In this document: piece after piece, positions 41,872 through 52,053 of the stretch
Layout of the letters: the number at the start of each line of letters is the position of its first letter
Numbering within the stretch: position 1 is the stretch's first letter
Assembly: GCA_900617105.1 (NCBI GenBank)
Contig: UYFQ01000839.1
Location: forward strand, 124,001 to 188,000
DNA: 64,000 nt
Reading direction: 5' to 3'
Source of the DNA: Hydrurus foetidus
Lineage: Eukaryota
Translations under genes and position numbers: made by a program
Notes under the pieces: model-generated
Databases searched by the model: none
Seen by the model: the letters and a program-made list of their open reading frames with translations, nothing else
What the model was told of the DNA's origin: nothing

Positions 41872-43837
41872 ATGAAGCGCTTTCGGCTTGTCGACCTACC
41901 CATGATGATGAAGATCGGCATAGCGCCGGTCTTTGCCTTGATCATGCTTGCGGCCATGGCCGCGGGAGCAGTGGCTGTGCAGAAAAGTCAGTCTTCGGCC
42001 TTGCAGAAGGTTGTGGCCACTGACCTCGGCAACAATCTGGCGATTGCCGGCGTATCGCGCGAAATTGCCGACATCCATGGCGAACTCTATCTGGCCCTGA
42101 CCCATCAGGCCGCCTCGATCGAGACCGACAAGGTCCCAGAGCGGATGCAGAGCGTCCTGTCCCGTTTCGATGAGGTCAAAAAGGACCTCGAGGCGATCAA
42201 GAAAAATTCTCCGGCCAGCGATCAGGCGGACTTCGCAACCCTGATTAAGGAAGTCGACGATTGCCGCAGCGCCGTTGACGTGGTCAGCGGCATGATCGGC
42301 GTCGACTTCAACACGGCGGCCGGCTTCGTGGCCCCGTTCGAAGATCAATATGCTCTGATGGCCACTCACCTTGATGGCGTTCTGGCCAAGGTCAACCGGC
42401 GGACCAAGGCGGAGGCCGCTAAAAAGCAAGCAGAGTCGGTCGCGGCCACGAGCCTCACGATTCTGATTTCAGCCCTGACCCTCGCTGCCGTCGCAGCCCT
42501 GGCGGCGCTGATGGTCATGAATGTCCGCAAGTCGATCGCCGACATCGCCGGCGCGACCGAGCGCCTGTCAAAGGGCGACAACAGCATTGATCTTGAGAAG
42601 ATGACGCGCCTGGACGAGCTGGGCGCGATCGTCCGCTCCTTGAGGATTTTCCGCGACAATCAGCTGCACCTTGAACAAATGCGGTCCGAGCAGGAAAAAA
42701 CTGCGGCCCTGACCGCCGACGAGCGTCGCTCGAAGGAAGAGGCCGCCGCCGCCGCCGCTCGCGAAAGCGCCCTGGTGGTGACCAGCCTGGCCGAAGGCCT
42801 CGAAAAGCTGGCCTCGGGCGATCTGACCTTCCGCGTCAATGCCAACTTCCCGGGGAATACGCCAAGCTGAAGGACGACTTCAACGGCGCCATGGCCTCGC
42901 TGCAGGAGACGATGAAGGTCATCGCCGCCTCGACAGATGGCCTGAGCACCGGCGCCGACGAGATCGCCCATGCTTCTGACGACCTGTCGCGTCGCACCGA
43001 ACAACAGGCCGCCTCGCTGGAAGAAACCGCCGCCGCTCTGGACGAACTGACCGCCACGGTGCGCCGCACGGCGGCCGGCGCTCGTCAGGCCTCGGACGTT
43101 GTTTCGACCACCCGTGGCGAAGCGACGCATTCCGGCCAGGTCGTGCATCAAGCAGTGTCGGCCATGGGCGAGATCGAAAACTCCTCCAAGCAGATCAGCC
43201 AGATCATCGGCGTGATCGACGAGATCGCCTTCCAGACCAACCTTCTGGCCCTGAACGCCGGGGTCGAGGCCGCCCGCGCCGGTGAAGCGGGTCGCGGCTT
43301 CGCGGTCGTGGCCCAGGAAGTGCGGGCCTTGGCCCAGCGCTCGGCCGAGGCCGCCAAGGAGATCAAGACCCTGATCTCGTCCTCGACCCAGCAGGTCAGC
43401 CAGGGCGTGAACCTGGTCGGTCAAACCGGTGAGGCGCTGCAACGCATCGTCGTGAAGGTTGGCGAGATCGACGCCCTGGTGACCGAGATCGCGGCCTCCG
43501 CCGCCGAACAGGCCACCGGACTGAACGAAGTGAACACGGCCGTGAACCAGATGGATCAGGTCACCCAGCAGAACGCCGCCATGGTCGAGCAATCGACCGC
43601 CGCCACGCACTCGCTGAAGGGCGAGACCGCCGAGCTGGTCCGACTGATGGCCCGTTTCCGGGTCGGTGGCGGCCAGGCCGCCTACGGTCGCCCGGCCGCC
43701 GCCGATTCGGCTCAACACGCACCGGCCCGCAACCCGGTCGCCGAGCAAAGGGCCCGTCTGGGCGCCTTCGCCCGGCCCGCCGTGGCGGCGCAGCTACCGC
43801 GGCCGCTCCGGCGTCCGCCGGATGGGAGGAATTCTGA
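41872..43837 (+). CDS. mcpA: transmembrane chemoreceptor (frameshifted)
   Basis: [10 protein letters not shown], two TMs, HAMP, signalling domain, C-terminal GWEEF; first gene of the che operon. Confidence 0.9.
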
Positions 43838-44121
43838 TGGCCGCACTCGCGCTGCCTGAAACACTCGATCTAAAGGCCGCCGGCCCGCTGAAGTCCGCCT
43901 TCCTGGCGCACCGTGGCGAGGCGCTTGAAATCGAGGCCGGTCAGGTCCGTCGCCTCGGCGGCCTGTGTCTCCAGATTCTGCTCGCGGCCCGCAAGGCCTG
44001 GGCCGCTGACGGCAAACCCTTTTCAATTACGGGGCCTTCGGAGGCCTTTGTAGAAACCACCCGTCTTTTCGGCGCCGATGGGGCGCTCCTTTCGGCGGAC
44101 ATCCATGGAGTCCAATCGTGA
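43837..44121 (+). CDS. cheX: STAS-domain chemotaxis protein
   Basis: [14 protein letters not shown]...[18 protein letters not shown] overlaps the mcpA stop. Confidence 0.85.
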   Translation: MAALALPETLDLKAAGPLKSAFLAHRGEALEIEAGQVRRLGGLCLQILLAARKAWAADGKPFSITGPSEAFVETTRLFGADGALLSADIHGVQS

Positions 44122-44483
44122 CGCGCACGATTCTAACGGTCGACGATTCCCGCACGATGAGGGACATGCTGCGCATGGCCCTGGTCGGCGCGGGCTTTAA
44201 TGTGGTCGAGGCCGTTGACGGCGAACATGGGCTGGAAGTGCTTTCCGCCCATCGTCCGGACGTCATCATCACCGACATCAACATGCCCAAGCTGGATGGC
44301 TTTGGTTTCATCGAGGCGGTTCGCGTCGATGACGACTATCGCGCCATCCCGATCCTGGTGCTGACCACGGAAAGCGATCCCACCAAGAAGCAGCGGGCTC
44401 GCGAAGCCGGCGCGACGGGCTGGATCGTCAAGCCGTTCAATCCTGAAAAGCTGGTTGAAGCCATTCGCCGCGTCGCGGCCTGA
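44118..44483 (+). CDS. cheY: chemotaxis response regulator CheYI
   Basis: ILTVDDS, ITDINMPKLDG, LTTES, WIVKPF. Confidence 0.92.
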   Translation: MTRTILTVDDSRTMRDMLRMALVGAGFNVVEAVDGEHGLEVLSAHRPDVIITDINMPKLDGFGFIEAVRVDDDYRAIPILVLTTESDPTKKQRAREAGATGWIVKPFNPEKLVEAIRRVAA

Positions 44484-44527
44484 TCCTTCACCGACTTCGA
44501 CGTCTAGAACTCTAAGGAATTGCGGGA

Positions 44528-46778
44528 ATGGACGAGCTAGAGGCCATCAAGGTCACCTTCTTTCAGGAATGCGACGAACTGCTCGCCGACCTCGAAGGCG
44601 GGCTCCTGGCCATGCAGGAGGGTGTCGGCGACAGCGAGACTGTCAACGCCGTCTTCCGGGCCGTGCATTCGATCAAGGGCGGCGCGGGCGCCTTCGGACT
44701 GGAGCCGTTGGTCCGTTTCGCCCACGTGTTCGAGACCTTGCTGGACGCTGTTCGGTCCAATGAGGTTCCCAACACCGTCGATCTGGCCGCCGTCATGCTG
44801 CGCGCCTCCGACGTTCTGGCTGACCATGTGAGCGCCGCGCGGGGCATGGGCGATGTCGACATGGCGGCCTCGGCCGCCATGGCCGCTGAGCTGAAGGCCT
44901 GGACCGACCCTTCGGCCGCCCCGGTCGCGCCGGCCCCCGTGGCCGAGGCCGCCGAAGCCGCGCCCGAGCCCACGCCTGTCGCTGCGTCGGATGATCTGGA
45001 CGACGACGATCTTGGGTTCGACTTCCAGCCGATGACGATCTCGGTGGACGCGCAGGCGGCCGACGCCGAACTGATCCCCATCAATGTCTGGACGGTGTCG
45101 ATCCGTCCCAAGTCTGACCTCTATCGCAAGGCCAATGAAACGGCCTTGCTGCTGCGCGAGTTGAGCCGCCTTGGCCCGATCGTCGCGACCATGGACGACA
45201 GCGCCCTGCCGACCCTGGAGTTCCTCGACGCCGAGGCCGCCTATGTCACCTGGAGCGTGCGCGTCGAGACCGATGACGGCGAAGACGCCATCCGCGAGGT
45301 CTTCGAATTCGTCGACGGCGACTGCGATCTTGAAATCGTTCGCGGCGAGGCGCCGGTCGAGGCTGCCCTGGCCAACCTGCTGAGCGCCATCGAGTCGCCG
45401 GCCGCCGAGCCGGTCGCTGCCGAGGTCGCCCCGTCGGTCGCCCCCGAGGTCGCCGAAATCGCGCCCGCCGTCGTGGAAGCGCCGCCGCCGCCCGCCGCGC
45501 CCGCCCCGGTCGCCGCGCGCGCCGCGACGCCCGCCGCCGCCCCGACCAAGGCCACGCAGGTCGACGTCCCCGGTCCTGGCCAGTCGGTCATCCGTGTCGA
45601 TCCCGAGCGCATCGACAGCCTGATCGATCTGGTCGGCGAGCTGGTGATCAATCAGGCGATGCTGGCCCAGCGCGTTGGCGAGTACGGCATCGCGCCGTCC
45701 TCCAGCCTGGCCATGGGTCTGGATGAGCTGGAGCAGCTCACCCGCCAGATCCAGGACAGCGTGATGGCCATCCGCGCCCAGCCGGTGAAGTCGGTGTTCC
45801 AGCGCATGCCGCGCCTGGTTCGCGAAGTCGCCAACATGACCGGCAAGCAGGCCCGTCTGGTCATGGACGGTGAAAACACCGAGGTCGACAAGACGGTCAT
45901 CGAACGGCTGGCCGACCCGATCACCCACATGCTGCGCAATGCCATCGACCACGGGCTGGAAAGCCCCGAGGAGCGCAAGGCGGCCGGCAAGAATCCCGAA
46001 GGCGTCGTGCGCCTGGCGGCCCTGCACCGCAGCGGCCGGATCGTCATCGAGGTCCAGGACGACGGCAAGGGCATCAATCGCGAACGGGTCTTCTCGATCG
46101 CCGTCAAGAAGGGCCTGATTGCGCCCGACCTGCAGCTGACCGATGAGGAGATCGACAATCTGATCTTCCTGCCGGGCTTCTCGACCGCCGACAAGATCTC
46201 GGACGTGTCGGGCCGCGGCGTCGGAATGGACGTGGTGCGCCGGAGCGTCCAGGCGCTGGGCGGCCGCATCTCGATCGCCTCGCGTCCCGGTCTGGGCTCG
46301 ACCTTCACGCTCAGCCTGCCGCTGACCCTGGCTGTGCTCGACGGCATGGTGGTCGACGTGGCCGGCGAGACCCTGGTCGTGCCGATGGCCGCCATCGTCG
46401 AAAGCCTGCGTCCCAAGGCCGATGTCCGCCCTGGGTCCCGTCGGCTCGGTGCTGGCGGTCCGCGACAGCTTCGTGCCGCTGATCGACGTCGCCTGACCCT
46501 GGGCTGGGCCCACCTCGTCCGTCGCCGACCGGGCGTGACCCTTCTGGTCGAGGGCGAGGGCGGCTCGCGCGCCGCTCTGGTCGCCGATGCGATCCAGGGC
46601 CAGCGACAGGTCGTCATCAAGTCGCTGGAGCAGAACTATCAGCAGGTCGAGGGCATCGCCGCCGCGACGATCCTGGGTGATGGTCGCGTCGCCCTGATCC
46701 TCGATGTCGATGCGCTGATCAATCTGCGCCGCCGGGAAACGTCCGCCCGTCGAACCCACTCCAATTGCAGCGGAGTAA
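44528..46778 (+). CDS. cheA: chemotaxis histidine kinase CheAI (indels in P5)
   Basis: FRAVHSIKGGAG, IRVD, RNAIDHG, DDGKG, SGRGVGMDVV, ATILGDGRVALILD. Confidence 0.95.
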
Positions 46779-46781
46779 GTC

Positions 46782-47242
46782 ATGATTGACCCAACTGCCG
46801 TCGCGAGTACCGCACGCCGCGAGCTGATCTCGTTCCGGGTCGGCGAGCAGGAATACTGCGTCGACATCAGTCGGTGCTCGAGATCCGCGGCTGGGCCCGC
46901 CACCCCCTGCCCCAGACGCCCGGCTATATGCGCGGTGTCATCAATCTGCGAGGGCGGTCCTGCCGATCATCGACCTGCGGCGCGCCTGGGCCTTCCGGTA
47001 ACGAGCCGACGTCGGCCCGCACGTCATCATTGTTGTCCAGGAGGCGGCCGTACGGTCGGCCTGCTGGTCGAAGCCGTGTCGGACATCCTGTCGATCAATG
47101 ACGACATGGTTCAAGCCGACCCCGGACATGGCCTGCGAGACCGTTCGCAGCTTCGTCCGCGGCATCATTTCGATCGAAGGCGCATGATCAGCCTGATTTC
47201 GCTGGACCGGATCCTCCCGAACGAGAGGCCCTGGCCGCCTGA
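46782..47242 (+). CDS. cheW: chemotaxis coupling protein CheW (multiple indels)
   Basis: ELISFRVGEQEYCVDI, EIRGW, GVINLRG, GLLVEAVSDIL across frames. Confidence 0.88.
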
Positions 47243-48111
47243 TGACATCAGCCTCCGACAGACGTCGCGAAGCCATTGTCGACGGCGAGTTCGCGTTCAC
47301 AACGGGCGACTTTCGTGCGATCGCAGGCCTGTTGCTCACGCGCGTCCGGCATCCATCTCGCGGACCAAGGCGACGCTCGTCTACTCGCGTCTGGCCAAGC
47401 GGGTGCGAAAGCTGGGCTGAAGAGCTTCCGAATACTGCGCCTTCGTGCGCTGGAGAGCAGTGTCGACGAGCAGCAGGAGATGCTGCGCGCCCTGACAACC
47501 AACGTCACCCGCTTCTTCCGCGAACCGCATCACTTCGAGCATGCGCGCCAACATTCTGGAGCCGATGATCGCAAAGGCTCGCGCCGGCGGCCGCTGCGGA
47601 TCTGGTCCGCGGCCAGCTCGTCGGGCCACGAGCCTATTCCATGGCCTTCACGGTGCTGTCGCCTTGGCCCAACGCCGCCGACCTGGATATCCGCATCCTG
47701 GCCACCGACATCGACACCAACGTCGTCGCGACCGGTCGCGCCGCCGTCTATGACGACGGAGTCTGCTGGAAGGCATTCCGGCTCACGCCCGCAACCAGTA
47801 TTTCGAGCGCGACACGAGCGATCGCCGCGCCTTCCGCGTCTGTGAAGCCGCGCGCAGCCTGGTGGCCTTCCGCGAGCTGAACCTCAACGGTCCCAGCTGG
47901 CCGATGAAGGGTCCGTTTGACGCCATTTTCTGCCGCAACGTCGTGATCTATTTCGACGAGCCGACCCAGGAGCGCGTCTGGAACCGCTTCGCGCCTTTGC
48001 TCGCGCCCGGCGGCAAGCCTGTATGTCGGCCACTCAGAACGGGTAGGGACGTCGATCACCGCCTTTGAAAGCGCGGGCCTGACAGCTTATCGCAAGGTGG
48101 GAGGTCGCTGA
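47242..48111 (+). CDS. cheR: chemotaxis methyltransferase CheR (multiple indels)
   Basis: LVYSRLAKR, LTTNVTRFFREPHHF, IWSAASSSGHEP, ILATDID, FDAIFCRNVVIYFD. Confidence 0.9.
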
Positions 48112-49129
48112 TGGCCAAGATTCGCGTTCTCGTCGTCGACGACTCCGCAACGATGCGGAGCCTCATCATCGCTGCCCTGCGGGCGCGATCCGGATATCGA
48201 GGTCATCGGCGCCGCCGGCGATCCCATCGAGGCACGCGCCGCCATCAAGGCCCTCAATCCCGACGTCGTCACCCTCGACATCGAGATGCCGAACATGAAC
48301 GGCATCGAGTTCCTCGAGCGCCTGATGCGGCTGCGGCCGATACCTGTCGTGATGGTGTCGACCCTGACCCAGGCCGGCGCCGAGATGACGCTGCCGCGCT
48401 CGAACTCGGAGCCGTCGACTGCGGCAAGCCCGCCGTCGCCCTGGGCACCCAGGACGCGCTCAACGAGATCGTGGTCAAGGTGAAGATCGCGGCCCGGCCT
48501 CGGTGCAGCCAAGGCCGACACCGCCCCGGCTCCGGCCCGGACCAAGAGCTACGCCCATCCGGCGCATCGTCGCCATCGGCTCTTCGACCGGCGGCGTCGA
48601 GGCGCTGCTGGCGATCCTGACGATGTTCCCGGACACCTGCCCGCCGACCGTGATCACCCAGCACATGCCGGCACCTTTACCGCCAGCTTCGCCGCGCGCC
48701 TCGACCGCGCCAGCGGGCCAAGTGCAGGAAGCCACCGACGGCGCTCTGCTGGAGCCCGGCAAGGTCTATGTCGCCCCAGGCGGGGCGACGCACCTGGAGG
48801 TCGTTCGTTCGGGCGGGCTGCGCTGCCGCCTGGTCGCAGGCGACCCGGTGAGCGGTCACCGTCCGTCGGTGGACGTTCTCTTCAACTCGGTGGCCAATGC
48901 GGTCGGCGACAAAGCGGTCGGGGCGATCCTGACCGGCATGGGGCGCGACGGCGCTCAGGGCCTTTTGGCCATGCGTAAAGCCCGTGCCAAGACCCTCGGA
49001 CAGGACGAGCAGAGCTGTGTCGTTTACGGCATGCCCCGCGCGGCCTTTGAAATCGGCGCCGTGGAGAAGCAGGTTTCCCTGTCCTCCATGGGTCAATCTA
49101 TCCTCGATCTGGCCTCCGCGAGGCGATGA
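48111..49129 (+). CDS. cheB: chemotaxis methylesterase CheB (multiple indels)
   Basis: [53 protein letters not shown]. Confidence 0.92.
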
Positions 49130-49133
49130 ACCC

Positions 49134-49523
49134 ATGCCCCAAGCAAGCACCATTTCCGTTCTCGTCGTCGATGATCAGCTGACCATGCGGGCCTTGATCC
49201 GCAATGCGTTGCAGCAGATCGGCTTTAAGGACATCCGTGAGGCGCCGGATGGCGAGGAGGCTCTGAAAAACCTCCTTTCCAAGCCGGCAAACCTGGTGAT
49301 CTCCGACTTCAACATGCCCAAGATGGACGGGCTGGCCCTCCTGCGCGCCGTGCGCTCGCACCCGCCGATCCGGCAGACTGCCTTCGTCATGCTGACCGGC
49401 CGGGCCGACCGCGAGCTTGTGCAGCGGGCCGTGCAGTTCGGCGTCAACAACTACTGCGTCAAGCCATTCACCGTTCAGGGCCTCAAGGAGAAGATCGAAC
49501 AGGTCTTCGGGCAGCTCACATGA
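49134..49523 (+). CDS. cheY: chemotaxis response regulator CheYII
   Basis: [30 protein letters not shown]. Confidence 0.9.
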   Translation: MPQASTISVLVVDDQLTMRALIRNALQQIGFKDIREAPDGEEALKNLLSKPANLVISDFNMPKMDGLALLRAVRSHPPIRQTAFVMLTGRADRELVQRAVQFGVNNYCVKPFTVQGLKEKIEQVFGQLT

Positions 49524-50081
49524 CATATGGACAACCCGACGATCTGGAACGCGCGGTCAAGGTTCACGTCACGCAGGGCGAGAGCCATGTGTCGTCCGAC
49601 CCCAACGTGGTGATGACCACGGTGCTCGGCTCGTGCATCGCCGCCTGTATCCGCGATCCGCAGGCCGGCATTGGTGGCATGAACCACTTCCTGCTTCCTG
49701 ATTCAGGCGACGGTCGCAAGGACGGCGACGCCGTCCGCTATGGCCTACGCCATGGAAATGCTGATCAACGGCCTGCTGAAGCGGGGCGCGCGTCGCGAGC
49801 GGATGGAAGCCAAGATCTTCGGCGGCGGCAAGCTGTTCGAGGGCCTGTCTGACGTCGGGGCCAGCAACGCCAGCTTCGCCGAACGCTTCCTGCGCGACGA
49901 AGGCATTCCAATCGTCTCTTCAAGCACCGGGGGCGTCTCAGCCCGTCGTGTGGAATTCTGGCCCGCCTCTGGCCGTGTTCGTCAACGCCTGGTGGCGGTC
50001 GACAACGCGCCGCAGGATGTCCGGCGTCCTACGCCTGCACCCATGCCGGTCGATTCCGGCGGCGATCTGGAGCTTTTCTGA
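49520..50081 (+). CDS. cheD: chemoreceptor glutamine deamidase CheD (frameshifted)
   Basis: [33 protein letters not shown]. Confidence 0.92.
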
Positions 50082-50086
50082 CCCGC

Positions 50087-50468
50087 ATGACCGCCACCCA
50101 GCTCTCGACATCCCCAATCGCCACGCCGGAGGCCCTGACTCCCGTGGGCGAACTCTCGCGCCGTCTTGCGGCCGAGTTGATGTCGGCTGCTGCGGTGTGT
50201 CGGGATTGCGAGCATATTGCCGGCGATCTGGCCAAGGGCGGGGCGGCGCTGGAAAGCATCTCCCGGCTCCAGGCGCTGGACGAACTGAACCCAGCGCCTG
50301 CACCTGTCGGGCGATGTTGCAGCGCATCGGTACGGCGTCCGGCGAGTGGAGCATGTCGATCGAACCCCTCCTCGAAGGCCTTGGCCTGGCGGATCTGGTG
50401 GTGCGCCTGCGCGCTGTCGGCGAGCCCCAGCCTGGGACGTCGAGGCGGGTGAACTCGACTTCTTCTAG
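50087..50468 (+). CDS. cheU: chemotaxis-operon protein CheU (frameshifted)
   Basis: Position between cheD and the CheY-like gene; LQALDEL; C-terminal GELDFF*. Confidence 0.65.
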
Positions 50469-50477
50469 GCTTCGTCC

Positions 50478-51077
50478 ATGGACGCCCTAAAGTCTTCGAC
50501 CCGTATCAATCTGGAGCGCGCCACGGTTCTGGTGCTCGATGACAACGGGACTTCGCTCGATATCCTGTCGCAGGTGGTTTCCGGATTCGGGGTCAAGCAA
50601 CTGCACCGCGCCGAGACGGTCAAGGACGCTCAGTCGCTGGTCGGGACAAAGACCTTTGACCTGATCATCAGCGACGTTCAGATCCCCGACGTCGACGGAA
50701 TCGAGTTCATCAACTGGCTGCGACGCGACGCGCCGGAGACCAATCGCTACGTTCCGGTGATTCTGGTCACCGGGCACACCCGCACCACGGACATCTTTCG
50801 CACCCGTGACGCAGGGGCCAATTTCACGGTCGCCAAGCCGATCACCCCCAAGGTGCTCCTGGAGCGAATCTTCTGGGTGGCGCGAGAAGAGCGGGCGTTT
50901 ATCGAGTGCGACAGCTATGTCGGGCCTGATCGGCGCTTCAAGTACGAAGGCCCGCCGATCGGTATGGAAGGTCGTCGTCGGGATGACTTGCCTGCCGAAG
51001 TTGGCAATGCACAAGAAGCCAACATGTCTCAGGACGAGATCAATAGTCTGATGAAGGTCGCGAAGGTGCAGATATGA
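50478..51077 (+). CDS. cleA: CheY-like c-di-GMP effector (CheYIII/CleA)
   Basis: Receiver domain followed by Arg-rich YVGPDRRFK...GRRRDD motif. Confidence 0.8.
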   Translation: MDALKSSTRINLERATVLVLDDNGTSLDILSQVVSGFGVKQLHRAETVKDAQSLVGTKTFDLIISDVQIPDVDGIEFINWLRRDAPETNRYVPVILVTGHTRTTDIFRTRDAGANFTVAKPITPKVLLERIFWVAREERAFIECDSYVGPDRRFKYEGPPIGMEGRRRDDLPAEVGNAQEANMSQDEINSLMKVAKVQI

Positions 51078-51547
51078 GCGTCGTTCGCAAATTCCGCCCG
51101 CCCAATCGGCTGGCCAAGATGATCAAGGAGAGCGGTGGCCTGATGGCCAGGGACGCGATCATCGCCGCAGAAACCGGTGTCGAAAGCCTGCGCGAGGTTT
51201 CGCTGGTCGTTCTGGATGAAACCCTGGCCGAAATCGAGCGCCGCTTTGGCCCCGCAGCGGTCGACCACAACTCCGAGAGCTTTGAGGACCTCTATGCGCT
51301 GAGCATGAGGATCATCGACGTCAGCACCTTCGTCTCCGATGCTGGCGTGGATCAGGCGGCGGTTTCCCTGGCCGCGACCACCGACAGCTGCGCAGAGGCC
51401 GGCGCCTGGCGCTGGAACGCCATCGACGTTCACCTCCACGCCCTGCGGCTGCTGCGCACCGTGGGAAGCCAGCTGCCGGCGGCCGATCGTCAGTCCATGA
51501 TCGAGGGCCTCCACAAGGTCAGCCATCGCAAGATAGAAGAACTATAG
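51074..51547 (+). CDS. cheE: chemotaxis-operon protein CheE
   Basis: Last gene of the operon, overlaps the cleA stop; PNRLAKMIKESGG; helical Hpt-like. Confidence 0.7.
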   Translation: MSVVRKFRPPNRLAKMIKESGGLMARDAIIAAETGVESLREVSLVVLDETLAEIERRFGPAAVDHNSESFEDLYALSMRIIDVSTFVSDAGVDQAAVSLAATTDSCAEAGAWRWNAIDVHLHALRLLRTVGSQLPAADRQSMIEGLHKVSHRKIEEL

Positions 51548-51895
51548 AGCAAATATCGCCATGGCAGGGTCGGTCGGCTGATCGATGTCATTGAGCTAGA
51601 ATGCCAAATCGACGGTAGACTGGCATTCTATTCGCTCGTTCGCGCCCTAAAGCCGTCTTCGAACTGATGGTTTCATCAGCGCAGGCGAAAAAGGCCCAAC
51701 GAAAAGCGTGTAGCACTTTCGACCCGAGAGCCGCTTAACACGTATCGGAACGTGATTTAGGTCGCGCTCGGGTCGTACTCCCCTGTCTCGCTCCCCTGTG
51801 CGTCGCCACGATGTGTTGGAAAGCCACGCGAGCGACTTCTCCTGTCATCAAACACAATCTCGCCTTGTCGTCATAACGACGGTTTGTTAGCTCTT

Positions 51896-51951
51896 TGCTA
51901 CCGGTGTCAACGTCGCGGACAGGTCTTCGTCCGCATCTGACACCGGTGTCA
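51896..51951. promoter_or_regulatory. two LacI-family operators upstream of TonB receptor
   Basis: TGCTACCGGTGTCA (51896-51909) and perfect palindrome TGACACCGGTGTCA (51938-51951), 42 bp apart. Confidence 0.75.
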
Positions 51952-52053
51952 AAAACACAGACGGCCTAGAACTGGCCGCGCAGGAAGGAAGCGCGATCAG
52001 TTCAAAGCCGGGCGGTGCAACAGCGCCGTTTCCGTCGAACGGGAGGAGGATAC

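Noticed and set aside
40311..43430. High nucleotide similarity between the mcpB and mcpA signalling domains as gene conversion
   Set aside because: Many synonymous differences are present; this is ordinary conservation of the receptor hairpin tip.
44537..46903. Long antisense ORFs such as the 788-aa one opposite cheA
   Set aside because: Shadow frames typical of high-GC genes, with no recognisable motifs.
46400..48720. Programmed frameshifting or a pseudogenised che operon
   Set aside because: Indels are numerous, irregular and window-wide, which fits sequencing error.
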